A stretch of DNA of 58,940 nucleotides, taken from Acidimicrobiales bacterium (GTDB lineage: Bacteria > Actinomycetota > Acidimicrobiia > Acidimicrobiales > VFJN01). Below are positions 48,949 through 57,765 of this stretch, piece by piece. Numbering within the stretch: position 1 is the first letter of the stretch; the number at the start of each line of letters is the position of its first letter. The notes below the pieces were generated by a model. That model was not told the DNA's origin, ran no database searches, and saw nothing but the letters and a program-made list of their open reading frames with translations. The stretch lies in the NCBI GenBank assembly GCA_045807565.1, contig JBJMHD010000060.1:1-58940 (forward strand). The letters are read 5' to 3'. A program made the translations under genes and the position numbers.

Positions 48949-49197
48949 TCAGGTCGTGAAGGCTTCGGTGGAGGTGACGACGGGCGTCATCTCGGCCCGG
49001 GTCATCTCGTACTTCGCGGAGCACTGTGTGCAGTGCATGAACATCACTTCACGGAACGGGTCGATGTGATCGAGGTAGCCGCGGCCGCTGCACTCCGGGC
49101 ACGGCACCGGTGATCCCCACGCCGCCTTGCTGGGCTCTGGCTCACGGAGGTCGATGACCTGGGCGGTCACGTCCTTCTTGCGCCTCAACAGTCCCAT
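48949..49197 (-). CDS. Small Zn-ribbon protein (82 aa)
   Basis: CPEC...CTQC; GGAGG RBS; co-oriented just upstream of pdtaS. Confidence 0.75.
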   Translation of the reverse strand: MGLLRRKKDVTAQVIDLREPEPSKAAWGSPVPCPECSGRGYLDHIDPFREVMFMHCTQCSAKYEMTRAEMTPVVTSTEAFTT

Positions 49198-49255
49198 GTT
49201 CCACGCCCTCCTGGGATGATGCCGCGTGCGGTGCCGTCAGCATAGGTCGTACGGC

Positions 49256-50734
49256 CTATCCGGAGGTAGGCACCACCTGGGCGGCACCACCGCGCCGGGG
49301 GTCGGCGGCCGCGTCACGGCCGGGGGTGACCGCGTGGACGCCGCCGAAGTAGAGGTCCCGCTGCGGCCAGCGGGTGACGGGCCAGCGCGCCTCGAGCGCC
49401 TCGACGACATCGCGGGGCCACCCCGGTTCCACGTGCAGCTGCGCACCGTCCCAGTGGAGCCGGGGCGCCTCGACGGCCTCGGCGAGGGTGCGGCGCTGGT
49501 CGATCACGGCGGCGACCACCTGGGCGAGGGCCGTACGGATCCGCTTCGAGCCCCCGCTGCCGACGGCCAGCCGCACACCGCCGTCGCCGTCGACCACGAG
49601 GGACGGCGCCATCATCGACGCCACCCGCTCCCCCGGGGCGGTGGTGTGGAACCCGCCAGGGTGCAGGTCGTCCTCGCCCATCATGTTGTTGGCCATGACG
49701 CCGGTGCCCGGTAGCAGCCACCCCGATCCCTCGCCGTTCGAGGTCGTCATCGACGCCGCGCCTCCGTCGGCGTCGGCGACGCTCACGTGCGTGGTGCCGC
49801 CGGTCGATCGGCGGCGGAGCTCGTCGCCCACGAGCCCGGCGGATCGCACCTCGTCGGTGGCGATCATCGCCTCGGTGAGGGCGACGGCGTGCTGCACCGT
49901 GCCGGTGTCCGCCGGCCACCCGGGCCGTTCCTCGAGCTCGAGGAGCCCCAGCGCGACGAGCTCGCCTCCGAACGCAGGAGGCGGGTTCGTGAGCAGCCGG
50001 TGGCCGCGCCAGTGCACCTCGAGCGGCTCGCGCTCGATCACCTGGTAGTCGATGAGGTCGGCCGCGGTGAGAAGGCCGCCGCCCTCGTCCATGGCGAGCT
50101 CGACAGCACGGGCCAGGGCGGGCTCGGCGAAGCCGCGCTCGTCCACCTGCGAGAGGAACGCGGCGAGCTCCGGGTTCACGAAGCGGTCGCCTGGCGCGAG
50201 GAGGCGTCCGCCCGGAGCGGCGATGGCGGCCGCCTCCGGGGTGCGGGTGAGGATCGGTTCGAGGATGCGCAGCACGTACGCCTGCTGCTCGTTCACCTCG
50301 ACGCCGTGCTCGGCGAGACGACGGGCGGGCGCCGTCACCGACGCCAGGTCGACGCGCCCGAGCCGCCGGTGGGCGTGGAGCCAGCCGGCCAGGCAACCGG
50401 GGACGGCCACCGACCCGAGGCCCACGTTGAACGCCTGCGCGGCGCCGGAGAACTGCACGACGACCTCTTCGAAGTCGAGGACGGCCGGCGCGAGGTCGCG
50501 TCCACGGCCCGGCGTGTCCACGAAGAAGTCGAACAGGACCTCCTCCCGCTCGGGGGTCCGCGCCAGCAGGAACCCACCGCCGGCGAGGCTCGTGAGCGTG
50601 GGTTCGGCCACGGCGGCGGCGAAGCCCGCGGCGACGCAGGCGTCCACCGCGTTCCCACCCGCCTCGAGGACCTCGATCGCGGCCGCCGTCGTCGCCGGGT
50701 GTCCCGACGCGACCACGACCGGTGCCGCGCTCAC
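49256..50734 (-). CDS. Gamma-glutamyltransferase family protein
   Basis: GGNAVDA, GGGF, VAVPG, TTHVSV (catalytic Thr), SMMAP, ADPRRGG. Confidence 0.9.
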   Translation of the reverse strand: MSAAPVVVASGHPATTAAAIEVLEAGGNAVDACVAAGFAAAVAEPTLTSLAGGGFLLARTPEREEVLFDFFVDTPGRGRDLAPAVLDFEEVVVQFSGAAQAFNVGLGSVAVPGCLAGWLHAHRRLGRVDLASVTAPARRLAEHGVEVNEQQAYVLRILEPILTRTPEAAAIAAPGGRLLAPGDRFVNPELAAFLSQVDERGFAEPALARAVELAMDEGGGLLTAADLIDYQVIEREPLEVHWRGHRLLTNPPPAFGGELVALGLLELEERPGWPADTGTVQHAVALTEAMIATDEVRSAGLVGDELRRRSTGGTTHVSVADADGGAASMTTSNGEGSGWLLPGTGVMANNMMGEDDLHPGGFHTTAPGERVASMMAPSLVVDGDGGVRLAVGSGGSKRIRTALAQVVAAVIDQRRTLAEAVEAPRLHWDGAQLHVEPGWPRDVVEALEARWPVTRWPQRDLYFGGVHAVTPGRDAAADPRRGGAAQVVPTSG

Positions 50735-51900
50735 CGCCAGATCCGCTGCCCGAGGTCGAGGAGACCGGCGAGGTCGGTGATGTCGTGGTCGAAGTACGGC
50801 ACGGCGGCGATGACCTCGGGGGCGGCGCTGAGCTCGGCCCGGATCTCCGCCTCGCGCTTGGCCACCACCTGGAAGTTCAGGAAGCTCTCGCCCACCTCGT
50901 GCAGCACGCGACCGACCTGCTCGGGTTCGCCGATGGAGCCGGGCAGGGTGCCCACCAGCTCGCCCGAGCGCGCGCACAGCTCCTTCGCCGCCGCCGTCGC
51001 CCCCTTGTCGAGGAACCAGCTCGGCAGCACCTTGTTGAGGACCACGGCGCCGAGGTGGAAGCCGCGATCGTCGAGCGCGTCGATGAAGAACTCCGCCTCG
51101 CGCACCGGCGCGGACTCGAGGGTGGAGACGACGACGAAGGTGGTGCGGCTGTCGGCGAGCGTGCGCGTGACGGCCTTGGCCCGATCGACGAAGCCCTCGT
51201 ACATCGTCTGGAAGAGGAGGAAGAACTCGGCGATGTCCTCGAGGAACTTCGACCCCAGGATGCGATCCGCCACCGAGTAGAAGGGCTTCGACGCGAAGCT
51301 GAGCACCCGGCTGCGAGCCGGGACCGTGAGCCATCGCAGCAGCCGGCTCGAGAAGAAGTCGGCCATGCGCTCCGGGGCCTCGAGGAAGTCGATGGCGTTC
51401 CGGGTCGGTGGCGTGTCCACGACGATCAGGTCGTAGGTGCCCGACGCGTGGATCTCGTAGAGCCGCTCCATGGCGATGTAGTCGTGGCTCTGCACGAACC
51501 GGCCGGTGATGTTCTTGTAGAGCGGGTTGGCGAGGATGGCGTCGCGCGTGGCCTCGTTCGGGGCGTGCCGTCGCACGAGGTCGTCCCAGCTCTGCTTCGT
51601 GTCGAGCATGGCTGCCCACAGCTCCCCACGGGGCTCCACGCCGGCCTCGGTGAACGCTTCGTGCGGCACCCGCGTCTCGACGTTGCCGAACGTCTCCAGG
51701 CCCAGGGCGTTGGCGAGCCGGCGCGCCGGGTCCACCGTGAGGACGAGCACCTTGCCGCCGTGGTGCACCGCGGCCATCGCGGCGGCGGCAGCAGCCGTGG
51801 TGGTCTTCCCGACGCCACCGGAACCGCAGTGGATCACGATCTCCTTGGCGGCGAGCAGCTGCTCGATGGACCCCGTCGATGCGTGCTTGCGCCGCGCCAT
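50731..51900 (-). CDS. ArsA/Get3-family ATPase (Rv3680-like)
   Basis: CGSGGVGKTT, TVDPARRLA, YIAMERL, VDTPPTRNA. Confidence 0.9.
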   Translation of the reverse strand: MARRKHASTGSIEQLLAAKEIVIHCGSGGVGKTTTAAAAAAMAAVHHGGKVLVLTVDPARRLANALGLETFGNVETRVPHEAFTEAGVEPRGELWAAMLDTKQSWDDLVRRHAPNEATRDAILANPLYKNITGRFVQSHDYIAMERLYEIHASGTYDLIVVDTPPTRNAIDFLEAPERMADFFSSRLLRWLTVPARSRVLSFASKPFYSVADRILGSKFLEDIAEFFLLFQTMYEGFVDRAKAVTRTLADSRTTFVVVSTLESAPVREAEFFIDALDDRGFHLGAVVLNKVLPSWFLDKGATAAAKELCARSGELVGTLPGSIGEPEQVGRVLHEVGESFLNFQVVAKREAEIRAELSAAPEVIAAVPYFDHDITDLAGLLDLGQRIWR

Positions 51901-52010
51901 CAGAAGCCGCCCTCAGGGCGTAGGCCGAACTGGCTCCGCCACGTCGGCCGAAGCGCCTCCAGCTCGGCGGCGAACCTCTGGTTCGACGGCGAAACCCCCA
52001 TCAGAAGCCG
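51897..52010. other. 101-bp insert bounded by a 13-bp direct repeat; encodes a 33-aa mini-ORF (52001-51900, minus)
   Basis: CCATCAGAAGCCG at 51897-51909 and 51998-52010; ORF MGVSPSNQRFAAELEALRPTWRSQFGLRPEGGF. Confidence 0.7.
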
Positions 52011-52963
52011 AGCTCCTCGCCGAGGTGCGCGGCGACCTGGCGGGTGGCCCGGGCGCCGTGGCTGCGCTGGAAGAGGTAGGGCACGTAGAGGAGCGGCGTA
52101 CCGGGGGGCAGCTCGTCCCGCAGGCGCGTGAGGTGGGTGGCGCGCGTCCGCCGCAAGGTGACGGCGAGCTGCGCGCCGTCGAGGATCGGTCGCACCGACG
52201 TGCCGAGCGCGTCGCTGAGCCGCGACGCGTGCTCCTCCTGCACGAGCTGCTCGAACACCGCCTCCTCACCACGGCCGAACAGCTCCGGGAGGACGCGGTT
52301 CACCACCACCGCTGCCAGGTCCACCACCGTCTCCCGCTCCAGGCGCTCGGCGAGCTCGAGCGTCTCGTTGACCGGCATCTCCTCGGGCGCGGCGACGATC
52401 ACCACGCCGGTGAGCGCGGGATCGCCGAGCATCTCGAGCATCCAGCCCGTCTGGTCGCGCACCATCCCGACCTGCACCAGCTCCTGGATGGCTTGCGGAG
52501 CGGCCAGCTGTCCCGTGATGTGGCCGGTTGCCACGGCGTCGACGACGACGAGGTCGTAGCTGCGCTCGCGCACCTCCCAGAGGAACTTGCCGATCGTGAG
52601 GATCTCCTTCACGCCGGGTGCGGCGTTGGCGACGAAGTCGAACGTGCGCGCCAACGGCCCGAGGCGCGCGACCAACGGGACCTTCAGCTGGAGGCTCAGG
52701 TACTCCTTGAGCGACTCCTCGGTGTCCATCGACATGGCGAAGAGCCCAGGCGCGACCTCCCGCTCTCGGAACGACGTGGGGCCGATCTCGAAGAAGTCCG
52801 CCAGGTTGCCCTTGGCGTCCACCTCACCGACGAGCGTGCGCTTGCCCTGCTGGGACCCGAGCAGGGCCAGCGACGCCGCGATCGTCGTCTTGCCCACGCC
52901 CCCCTTCCCGGTGACGAAGAGGAGCTTCCGATCGAGCAGATCGACGTCGACCGGAGCGCTCAC
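52001..52963 (-). CDS. ArsA/Get3-family ATPase (Rv3679-like)
   Basis: TGKGGVGKTT, APGVKEIL.IGK, VDAVATGH, PEEMPVNET. Confidence 0.9.
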   Translation of the reverse strand: MSAPVDVDLLDRKLLFVTGKGGVGKTTIAASLALLGSQQGKRTLVGEVDAKGNLADFFEIGPTSFREREVAPGLFAMSMDTEESLKEYLSLQLKVPLVARLGPLARTFDFVANAAPGVKEILTIGKFLWEVRERSYDLVVVDAVATGHITGQLAAPQAIQELVQVGMVRDQTGWMLEMLGDPALTGVVIVAAPEEMPVNETLELAERLERETVVDLAAVVVNRVLPELFGRGEEAVFEQLVQEEHASRLSDALGTSVRPILDGAQLAVTLRRTRATHLTRLRDELPPGTPLLYVPYLFQRSHGARATRQVAAHLGEELGF

Positions 52964-53193
52964 TAGCTCCCGAAGCCGATGCGGCGGGCGTCGTCGGGGC
53001 TACCGATCTCCACGTACGCCAGCTTCTCGGCGGACACGCCCACCTGCCGGCCCTTCCGGTCCGTGAGCCAGAGCGTGCCGCCGTCCTTGAGGGCGACGTC
53101 GACCTGCTCGCGGAGCGCGGCGGGGTCGGCGTCGTCGTCGAGCTGCAGCTCGATCTCCTTGACGTTCTGGATCAGACCGATGCGGACGTCCAC
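52963..53193 (-). CDS. DUF3107 family protein
   Basis: DVRIG...LTDRKGR..LAYVEIG..RIGF; GAGGAG RBS. Confidence 0.85.
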   Translation of the reverse strand: MDVRIGLIQNVKEIELQLDDDADPAALREQVDVALKDGGTLWLTDRKGRQVGVSAEKLAYVEIGSPDDARRIGFGS

Positions 53194-53219
53194 GGGATCT
53201 CCTCGTCGGGGGGCGGGCG

Positions 53220-53873
53220 TCACTCTATTGGCGGGGCCGTTGCCGCCTGCACTTCAGCCCACCACCGAGGATGGTGGCGCTCCGCGTGGCCGGCGGGCAC
53301 GGTGCCACGCGCCATGCCCCGCAGGGCGATCGGCTCCGCGACCGCCTTCAGGATGTGCCCGACCACCACCACGAGCAACGTCAGCGCGGTCCAGTCGTGG
53401 ACGAAGGTGGCACCTGTCCGCCAGGCGAGCGGGAACGGGTCGAACCACCGCATGATGCTGCCGGTCGCGAGCATGAGCGGGATGCAGCCGGCCACGAAGA
53501 TGGCGTTCAGCTTCTGGCCGGCGTTGAACTTGCCCATCCGCGCCCGGCCCCGCCGACCGAGGCTCACGAGCCAGCGGCGGTCGTCGGTGGACCATCGGGC
53601 GAAGCGGCGGACGTCCCGCCGCACGCTCTCCCGCCAGCGGCCGGCGTAGGCGAGCAGCATCGGCAGCGGCAGCAGCAGGCCGCTGTACACGTGCACCTGC
53701 TTCAGGAGGAGTCGCCGGCCGATGACCCCGGACAGCGACGGCAGGTACAGCGCCATGCCGGTGGTGAGCAGGATCAGGAAGAGCGTGGCGTTGGTCCAGT
53801 GGAGCCACCGCTCGGCGCGCGAGAAGCGGATGACGCGGTCGTCCACCAGCTGGTCGTTGGCCGGCGCGCCCAT
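53220..53873 (-). CDS. Cytochrome b subunit (FdnI/Ni-hydrogenase CytB-like)
   Basis: RFS..ERWLHW, VHVYSG, GKFNAGQKLN, TFVHDW, HPRW. Confidence 0.85.
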   Translation of the reverse strand: MGAPANDQLVDDRVIRFSRAERWLHWTNATLFLILLTTGMALYLPSLSGVIGRRLLLKQVHVYSGLLLPLPMLLAYAGRWRESVRRDVRRFARWSTDDRRWLVSLGRRGRARMGKFNAGQKLNAIFVAGCIPLMLATGSIMRWFDPFPLAWRTGATFVHDWTALTLLVVVVGHILKAVAEPIALRGMARGTVPAGHAERHHPRWWAEVQAATAPPIE

Positions 53874-53874
53874 G

Positions 53875-54627
53875 TCAGGTCGGCGTGTCGCTGCGGCCGT
53901 TCGACAGGCCGACCCACGCGTCGGCGTCGTAGCCGTAGCGCTCCCAGAACCCGGGATCGGTGGGGTCGTCGAGGCGGTCGACGACCTCCACCCGCTCGAG
54001 CCACTTCAGCGACTTGTAGCCGTACATCGGCGCGACGTAGAGGCGGACCGGGCCACCGTGGACCCGGGTGACCGAACGGCCCTCCATCCGATGCGCGACG
54101 AGCACGTCGTCCCGGAGGGCCTGGTCGATCGTGAGCGTCTCCGTGTACGTGCCGTCGAAGGACCAGAACCGCACGTGGGTGGCGGACGGCTGGACGCCGG
54201 CCTCGTGGAGCAGGTCCGCGAGCTTCACCCCTTGCCACGGGACGTCAGGGACCCGCCACCCCGTCACGCACTGGAAGTCCCGTGTGAGGCTCGTCTGCGG
54301 AAGCCGCTCGCGCAGGTCGGTGAGGTCGAGCACGGACGGTCGGTCGACCGATCCCTCGATGGTGAGCCGGTACGCCGCGTCGCTCATGCTCGGCAGCGAG
54401 CCGGTGATGGAGTAGATCCGGAAGCCACCGGCGGCGGGCAGGAGCCCGGTGAGCCCGGTGGGGTCGTTCAGGGTCACCGGTCGCAGCACGGACTCGATCC
54501 CGGACTGCGCCTTCGCCCCCCACAGCACCCCGGCCGCGCCGAGTCCCAGCATCGCGAGCAGCGCGCGGCGGCCGACCGGCCGGTCCTCCGGCGGGTCGGA
54601 CAGCTGCGGCGCGGTGCTGGCGTCCAC
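53875..54627 (-). CDS. Molybdopterin-dependent oxidoreductase (sulfite oxidase/MsrP-like), Tat-type signal
   Basis: GRRALL; DFQCVTGW, WQGV, HGGPVRL, YGYKSLKW, GFWE..GY. Confidence 0.88.
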   Translation of the reverse strand: MDASTAPQLSDPPEDRPVGRRALLAMLGLGAAGVLWGAKAQSGIESVLRPVTLNDPTGLTGLLPAAGGFRIYSITGSLPSMSDAAYRLTIEGSVDRPSVLDLTDLRERLPQTSLTRDFQCVTGWRVPDVPWQGVKLADLLHEAGVQPSATHVRFWSFDGTYTETLTIDQALRDDVLVAHRMEGRSVTRVHGGPVRLYVAPMYGYKSLKWLERVEVVDRLDDPTDPGFWERYGYDADAWVGLSNGRSDTPT

Positions 54628-54688
54628 GACGACGAGGGTACGGCGACGAGGGCCGCTGTGGATGGCGTACCCGCAGTACGGGCGCCCT

Positions 54689-55402
54689 ATGGTTGCGCCG
54701 GTGGCGACCTCGGATCGTGAGCACGACATCGAGGCCGCGCTCGAGGCCCTGGACCTGGCACGACGCCGGTTCGTGAACGTCGTGGGGCACGAGCTGCGGA
54801 CCCCTGTCACCACGCTGCGTGGTCTCAGCGAGGAGCTGGTCCACGCCAGCGAGGAGGAGCTGCGGGACCTGGCGCCCGCGATCCTGCGCAGCGCGCGCCG
54901 GGTGGAGACCCTGCTGGACGACCTCCTGCTCGCCACCGACATCACCACCGCCCTGCCGGTCGGCGAGCCCGAGTCCGTCGACCTCGTGGCCGCCGCCCAG
55001 GCCACCTGGGACGCCATCGGCGCCGACTCCGAGCTCGCCCTGAGCGGCGACCACGAGGCGTGCGCATGGATGCGCGCCCGTGCCGCCGACACGATGCTCG
55101 AGCGGGTGCTGGACAACGCGCTCCGCTACGGCTCACCGCCGTTCGGCTTTCGTGCCTCGACCGACGGCGACCGGGTGCGGATCACGGTGTCGAGCGAGGG
55201 CGCCGAGCTGAGCGCCGACGACGTCCACCTGGCCTTCGAGCTCTTCTACCGGGGTGAGGGCGCCGTCACCTCGGCACCGGGCTTCGGGCTCGGGCTGCCG
55301 GTGGCTCGCGCACTGGCGCGGCAGCACGACGGCGACCTCCACCTCGACCCGCGACCCGGGGGCGGGCTCGACGTGACCATCGACCTCCCTGCAGCCGGTT
55401 GA
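54689..55402 (+). CDS. Histidine kinase without an input domain
   Basis: GHELRTP, LDNALRY, FYRG, GFGLGL; start uncertain. Confidence 0.85.
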   Translation: MVAPVATSDREHDIEAALEALDLARRRFVNVVGHELRTPVTTLRGLSEELVHASEEELRDLAPAILRSARRVETLLDDLLLATDITTALPVGEPESVDLVAAAQATWDAIGADSELALSGDHEACAWMRARAADTMLERVLDNALRYGSPPFGFRASTDGDRVRITVSSEGAELSADDVHLAFELFYRGEGAVTSAPGFGLGLPVARALARQHDGDLHLDPRPGGGLDVTIDLPAAG

Positions 55403-55797
55403 GCACCGAGCATGCGGCCGCCCTCCGGGTGCTGGTCGCTGACGACGAACCGGATGTGCGGTTGCTGCTCCGGCTCGGCCTTCGCCACCACGACATCGCC
55501 GTCGTCGGCGAGGCGGCCGACGGCTTCGAGGTGCTCGAGGTGTGCGAACGCCAGCCGGTGGACGCCATCGTCCTCGACCTGCTGATGCCCAAGATGAACG
55601 GCTTCGAGGTCATCCCGCTGCTGCAGCGCGACCATCCGACCGTCGGCATCGTCGCCTACACCGCGGTCGCCGGCGACTTCGTGCGCCGGGAGATGTCCCG
55701 CCTCGACATCCCGCTGCTCCTCAAGAGCGGCGACGCCGCCCCTCTCGCCGATGCGCTCCATGCCGCCAGCGCGAGCGCCCGCGCTCGCGCGGTGTAG
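55399..55797 (+). CDS. Single-domain response regulator
   Basis: VADDE, LDLLMPKMNG, YTA, LKSG; overlaps the kinase stop. Confidence 0.85.
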   Translation: MSTEHAAALRVLVADDEPDVRLLLRLGLRHHDIAVVGEAADGFEVLEVCERQPVDAIVLDLLMPKMNGFEVIPLLQRDHPTVGIVAYTAVAGDFVRREMSRLDIPLLLKSGDAAPLADALHAASASARARAV

Positions 55798-56940
55798 CTA
55801 GAGCAGGTTGAGGGCCTTGCGGTAGCGACGCGTGGGGGCCAGGTCGACCTCCACCTTCTGGGCGATCGACGCGAACGCCTGCGCGGCCTCGCCGTCGGGG
55901 TCGGTGAGGACGATCGGACGGCCGGCATCGCCGCCCTCGCGCAGCTCGGCCACGAGGGGGACCTGTCCGAGCATCGGGGCCCCCAGCCGTTCGGCGAGCT
56001 CGTCGCCCCCGCCGGCGCCGAAGAGCTCGTAGCGCCTGCCGTCGTCGCCCGTGAACCAGCTCATGTTCTCGATGACGCCCTTCACCTCGAGGTTCACCTT
56101 CTGCGCCATGAAGCCGGCGCGCTGCGCCACCTTCTGGGCGGCGGGCTGCGGCGTGGTGACGACGTACACCTCGGAGCGAGGGAGGAACTGCGCCAGCGAG
56201 AGGGAGATGTCGCCGGTGCCCGGCGGCAGGTCGATGAGGAGGAAGTCCGGCTCGTCCCAGAACACGTCGGTGAGGAACTGCTCCAACGCCTTGTGGAGCA
56301 TCGGACCACGCCAGATCACCGGCTGGTCCTCCTTGGCGAAGAACCCCATCGAGATGCAGCGGACCCCACCGGCGGCGGTGGGCGGGACGAGCATCGAGTC
56401 GATGACGGCCGGCGGGTGCTCCACGCCGAGCATCCGAGGGATCGAGAACCCCCACACGTCGGCGTCGACCACGCCCACGTCCTTGCCGCGCTGGGCGAGC
56501 GCCACCGCGAGGTTGGTGGTGACCGACGACTTCCCGACGCCGCCCTTGCCGGACGCGATCAGCAGCACGCGGGTGGCGCACTCGGGGTCGTTGAAGGGGA
56601 TGGCCCGCCCCTCGGCATGGCCGTGGGCGGCCTGGCTGCCCGCCGAGGCCGACGGATCGCCGTGGAGGCGCTCGCGGAGCGCGGCCCGCTCCTCGTCGGT
56701 CATCACGCCGAAGGAGAGGTCGACGGCGGTGACGCCGATCGCCGACAGCGCCCCGGTGACACGGGACTCGATCTCGTTGCGCAGCGGGCAGCCGGCCACC
56801 GTGAGGGTGACCTCGAGGGCGACCGAGGCCCCGTCCACCCGGACGTCGCGGACCATGTCGAGGTCCACGATCGACCGGTGCAGCTCCGGGTCCTCCACGG
56901 GTCGGAGGGCGGCGATGACGTCGTCGTGCGTGACGGGCAT
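55798..56940 (-). CDS. mrp: Mrp/ApbC (NBP35) Fe-S carrier ATPase with N-terminal DUF59
   Basis: DPEL..VAGCPL, SGKGGVGKS, WRGPM, DLPPGTGD, VTTPQ, ENMS. Confidence 0.93.
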   Translation of the reverse strand: MPVTHDDVIAALRPVEDPELHRSIVDLDMVRDVRVDGASVALEVTLTVAGCPLRNEIESRVTGALSAIGVTAVDLSFGVMTDEERAALRERLHGDPSASAGSQAAHGHAEGRAIPFNDPECATRVLLIASGKGGVGKSSVTTNLAVALAQRGKDVGVVDADVWGFSIPRMLGVEHPPAVIDSMLVPPTAAGGVRCISMGFFAKEDQPVIWRGPMLHKALEQFLTDVFWDEPDFLLIDLPPGTGDISLSLAQFLPRSEVYVVTTPQPAAQKVAQRAGFMAQKVNLEVKGVIENMSWFTGDDGRRYELFGAGGGDELAERLGAPMLGQVPLVAELREGGDAGRPIVLTDPDGEAAQAFASIAQKVEVDLAPTRRYRKALNLL

Positions 56941-56999
56941 GGGGTGAGGGTCTCCGGTCCGGGGCATTTCCACTACGGCCATAGGTAGAATACCGGGCG

Positions 57000-57752
57000 A
57001 TGTCGACGGGCCTCACGCCGACGGAGTTCAGCTCCGCGGTCACCGCGATCACGTCCGCCTTCGGCGACCCGACCCGCCGCGAGATCTACCTCTTCACCCA
57101 CGAGCGGAGCGACGACGACGCCGCCGGCGGCGTCACCGCCGCCGAGGTCGCCGAGCGGTTCGACCTCCACCCCAACGTCGCCCGCCACCACCTCGACAAG
57201 CTGGCCGGCGGCGGCTACGTCGAGGTCGCCACCGGCCGCACGTCCACGGGGGCGGGCCGTCCCTCCAAGCGCTACCGCGTCACGTCACCGGAGATGAGCC
57301 TCGAGCTGCCGGTGCGCCACGACGACCTCCTCGTCACCCTCTTGGGCAAGGCGCTGTCCCGCCTTCCCGACGCCGAGGCCGAGGCGATGGCCGAGGAGGT
57401 GGGCATGGAGTACGGCAAGGCCATGGCCCTCGCGATGGGCGGGCCCGGGCTCGACCGGCTCGGGCCGGGCGCAGTCGCCCCGAAGTCGTTCCGCACCGCG
57501 CTCCACGCCGTGGCCGACGCCCTCACCGCCCACGGGTTCGCGGCCCACGCCGAGCGGCACCGCGATGGCCTCCGCATCGTGTCGGAGCACTGCCCCTTCG
57601 GTGGCGCCGCGATCGAGCATCCCGTGATCTGCGCGGTCGACCGTGGGCTCGTGCGCGGCATGCTCGGCGCCCTCTACGGGCAGGCTGACACCGCCACCTC
57701 CTCCAGCCGCCCCATGGGCGACGACCACTGCGTCACCTCCGTCCGCTCGTAG
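57000..57752 (+). CDS. HTH transcriptional regulator, SufR-like
   Basis: DPTRR, HPNVARHHL, GRPSKRY, HCPF-(CX12C)-..DHC. Confidence 0.8.
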   Translation: MSTGLTPTEFSSAVTAITSAFGDPTRREIYLFTHERSDDDAAGGVTAAEVAERFDLHPNVARHHLDKLAGGGYVEVATGRTSTGAGRPSKRYRVTSPEMSLELPVRHDDLLVTLLGKALSRLPDAEAEAMAEEVGMEYGKAMALAMGGPGLDRLGPGAVAPKSFRTALHAVADALTAHGFAAHAERHRDGLRIVSEHCPFGGAAIEHPVICAVDRGLVRGMLGALYGQADTATSSSRPMGDDHCVTSVRS

Positions 57753-57765
57753 GGCGCCGCGCACC

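Noticed and set aside
50731-52963. Arsenic resistance operon
   Set aside because: The ArsA-family pair resembles the Rv3679/Rv3680 Get3-like type; no arsB/acr3/arsC/arsR nearby.
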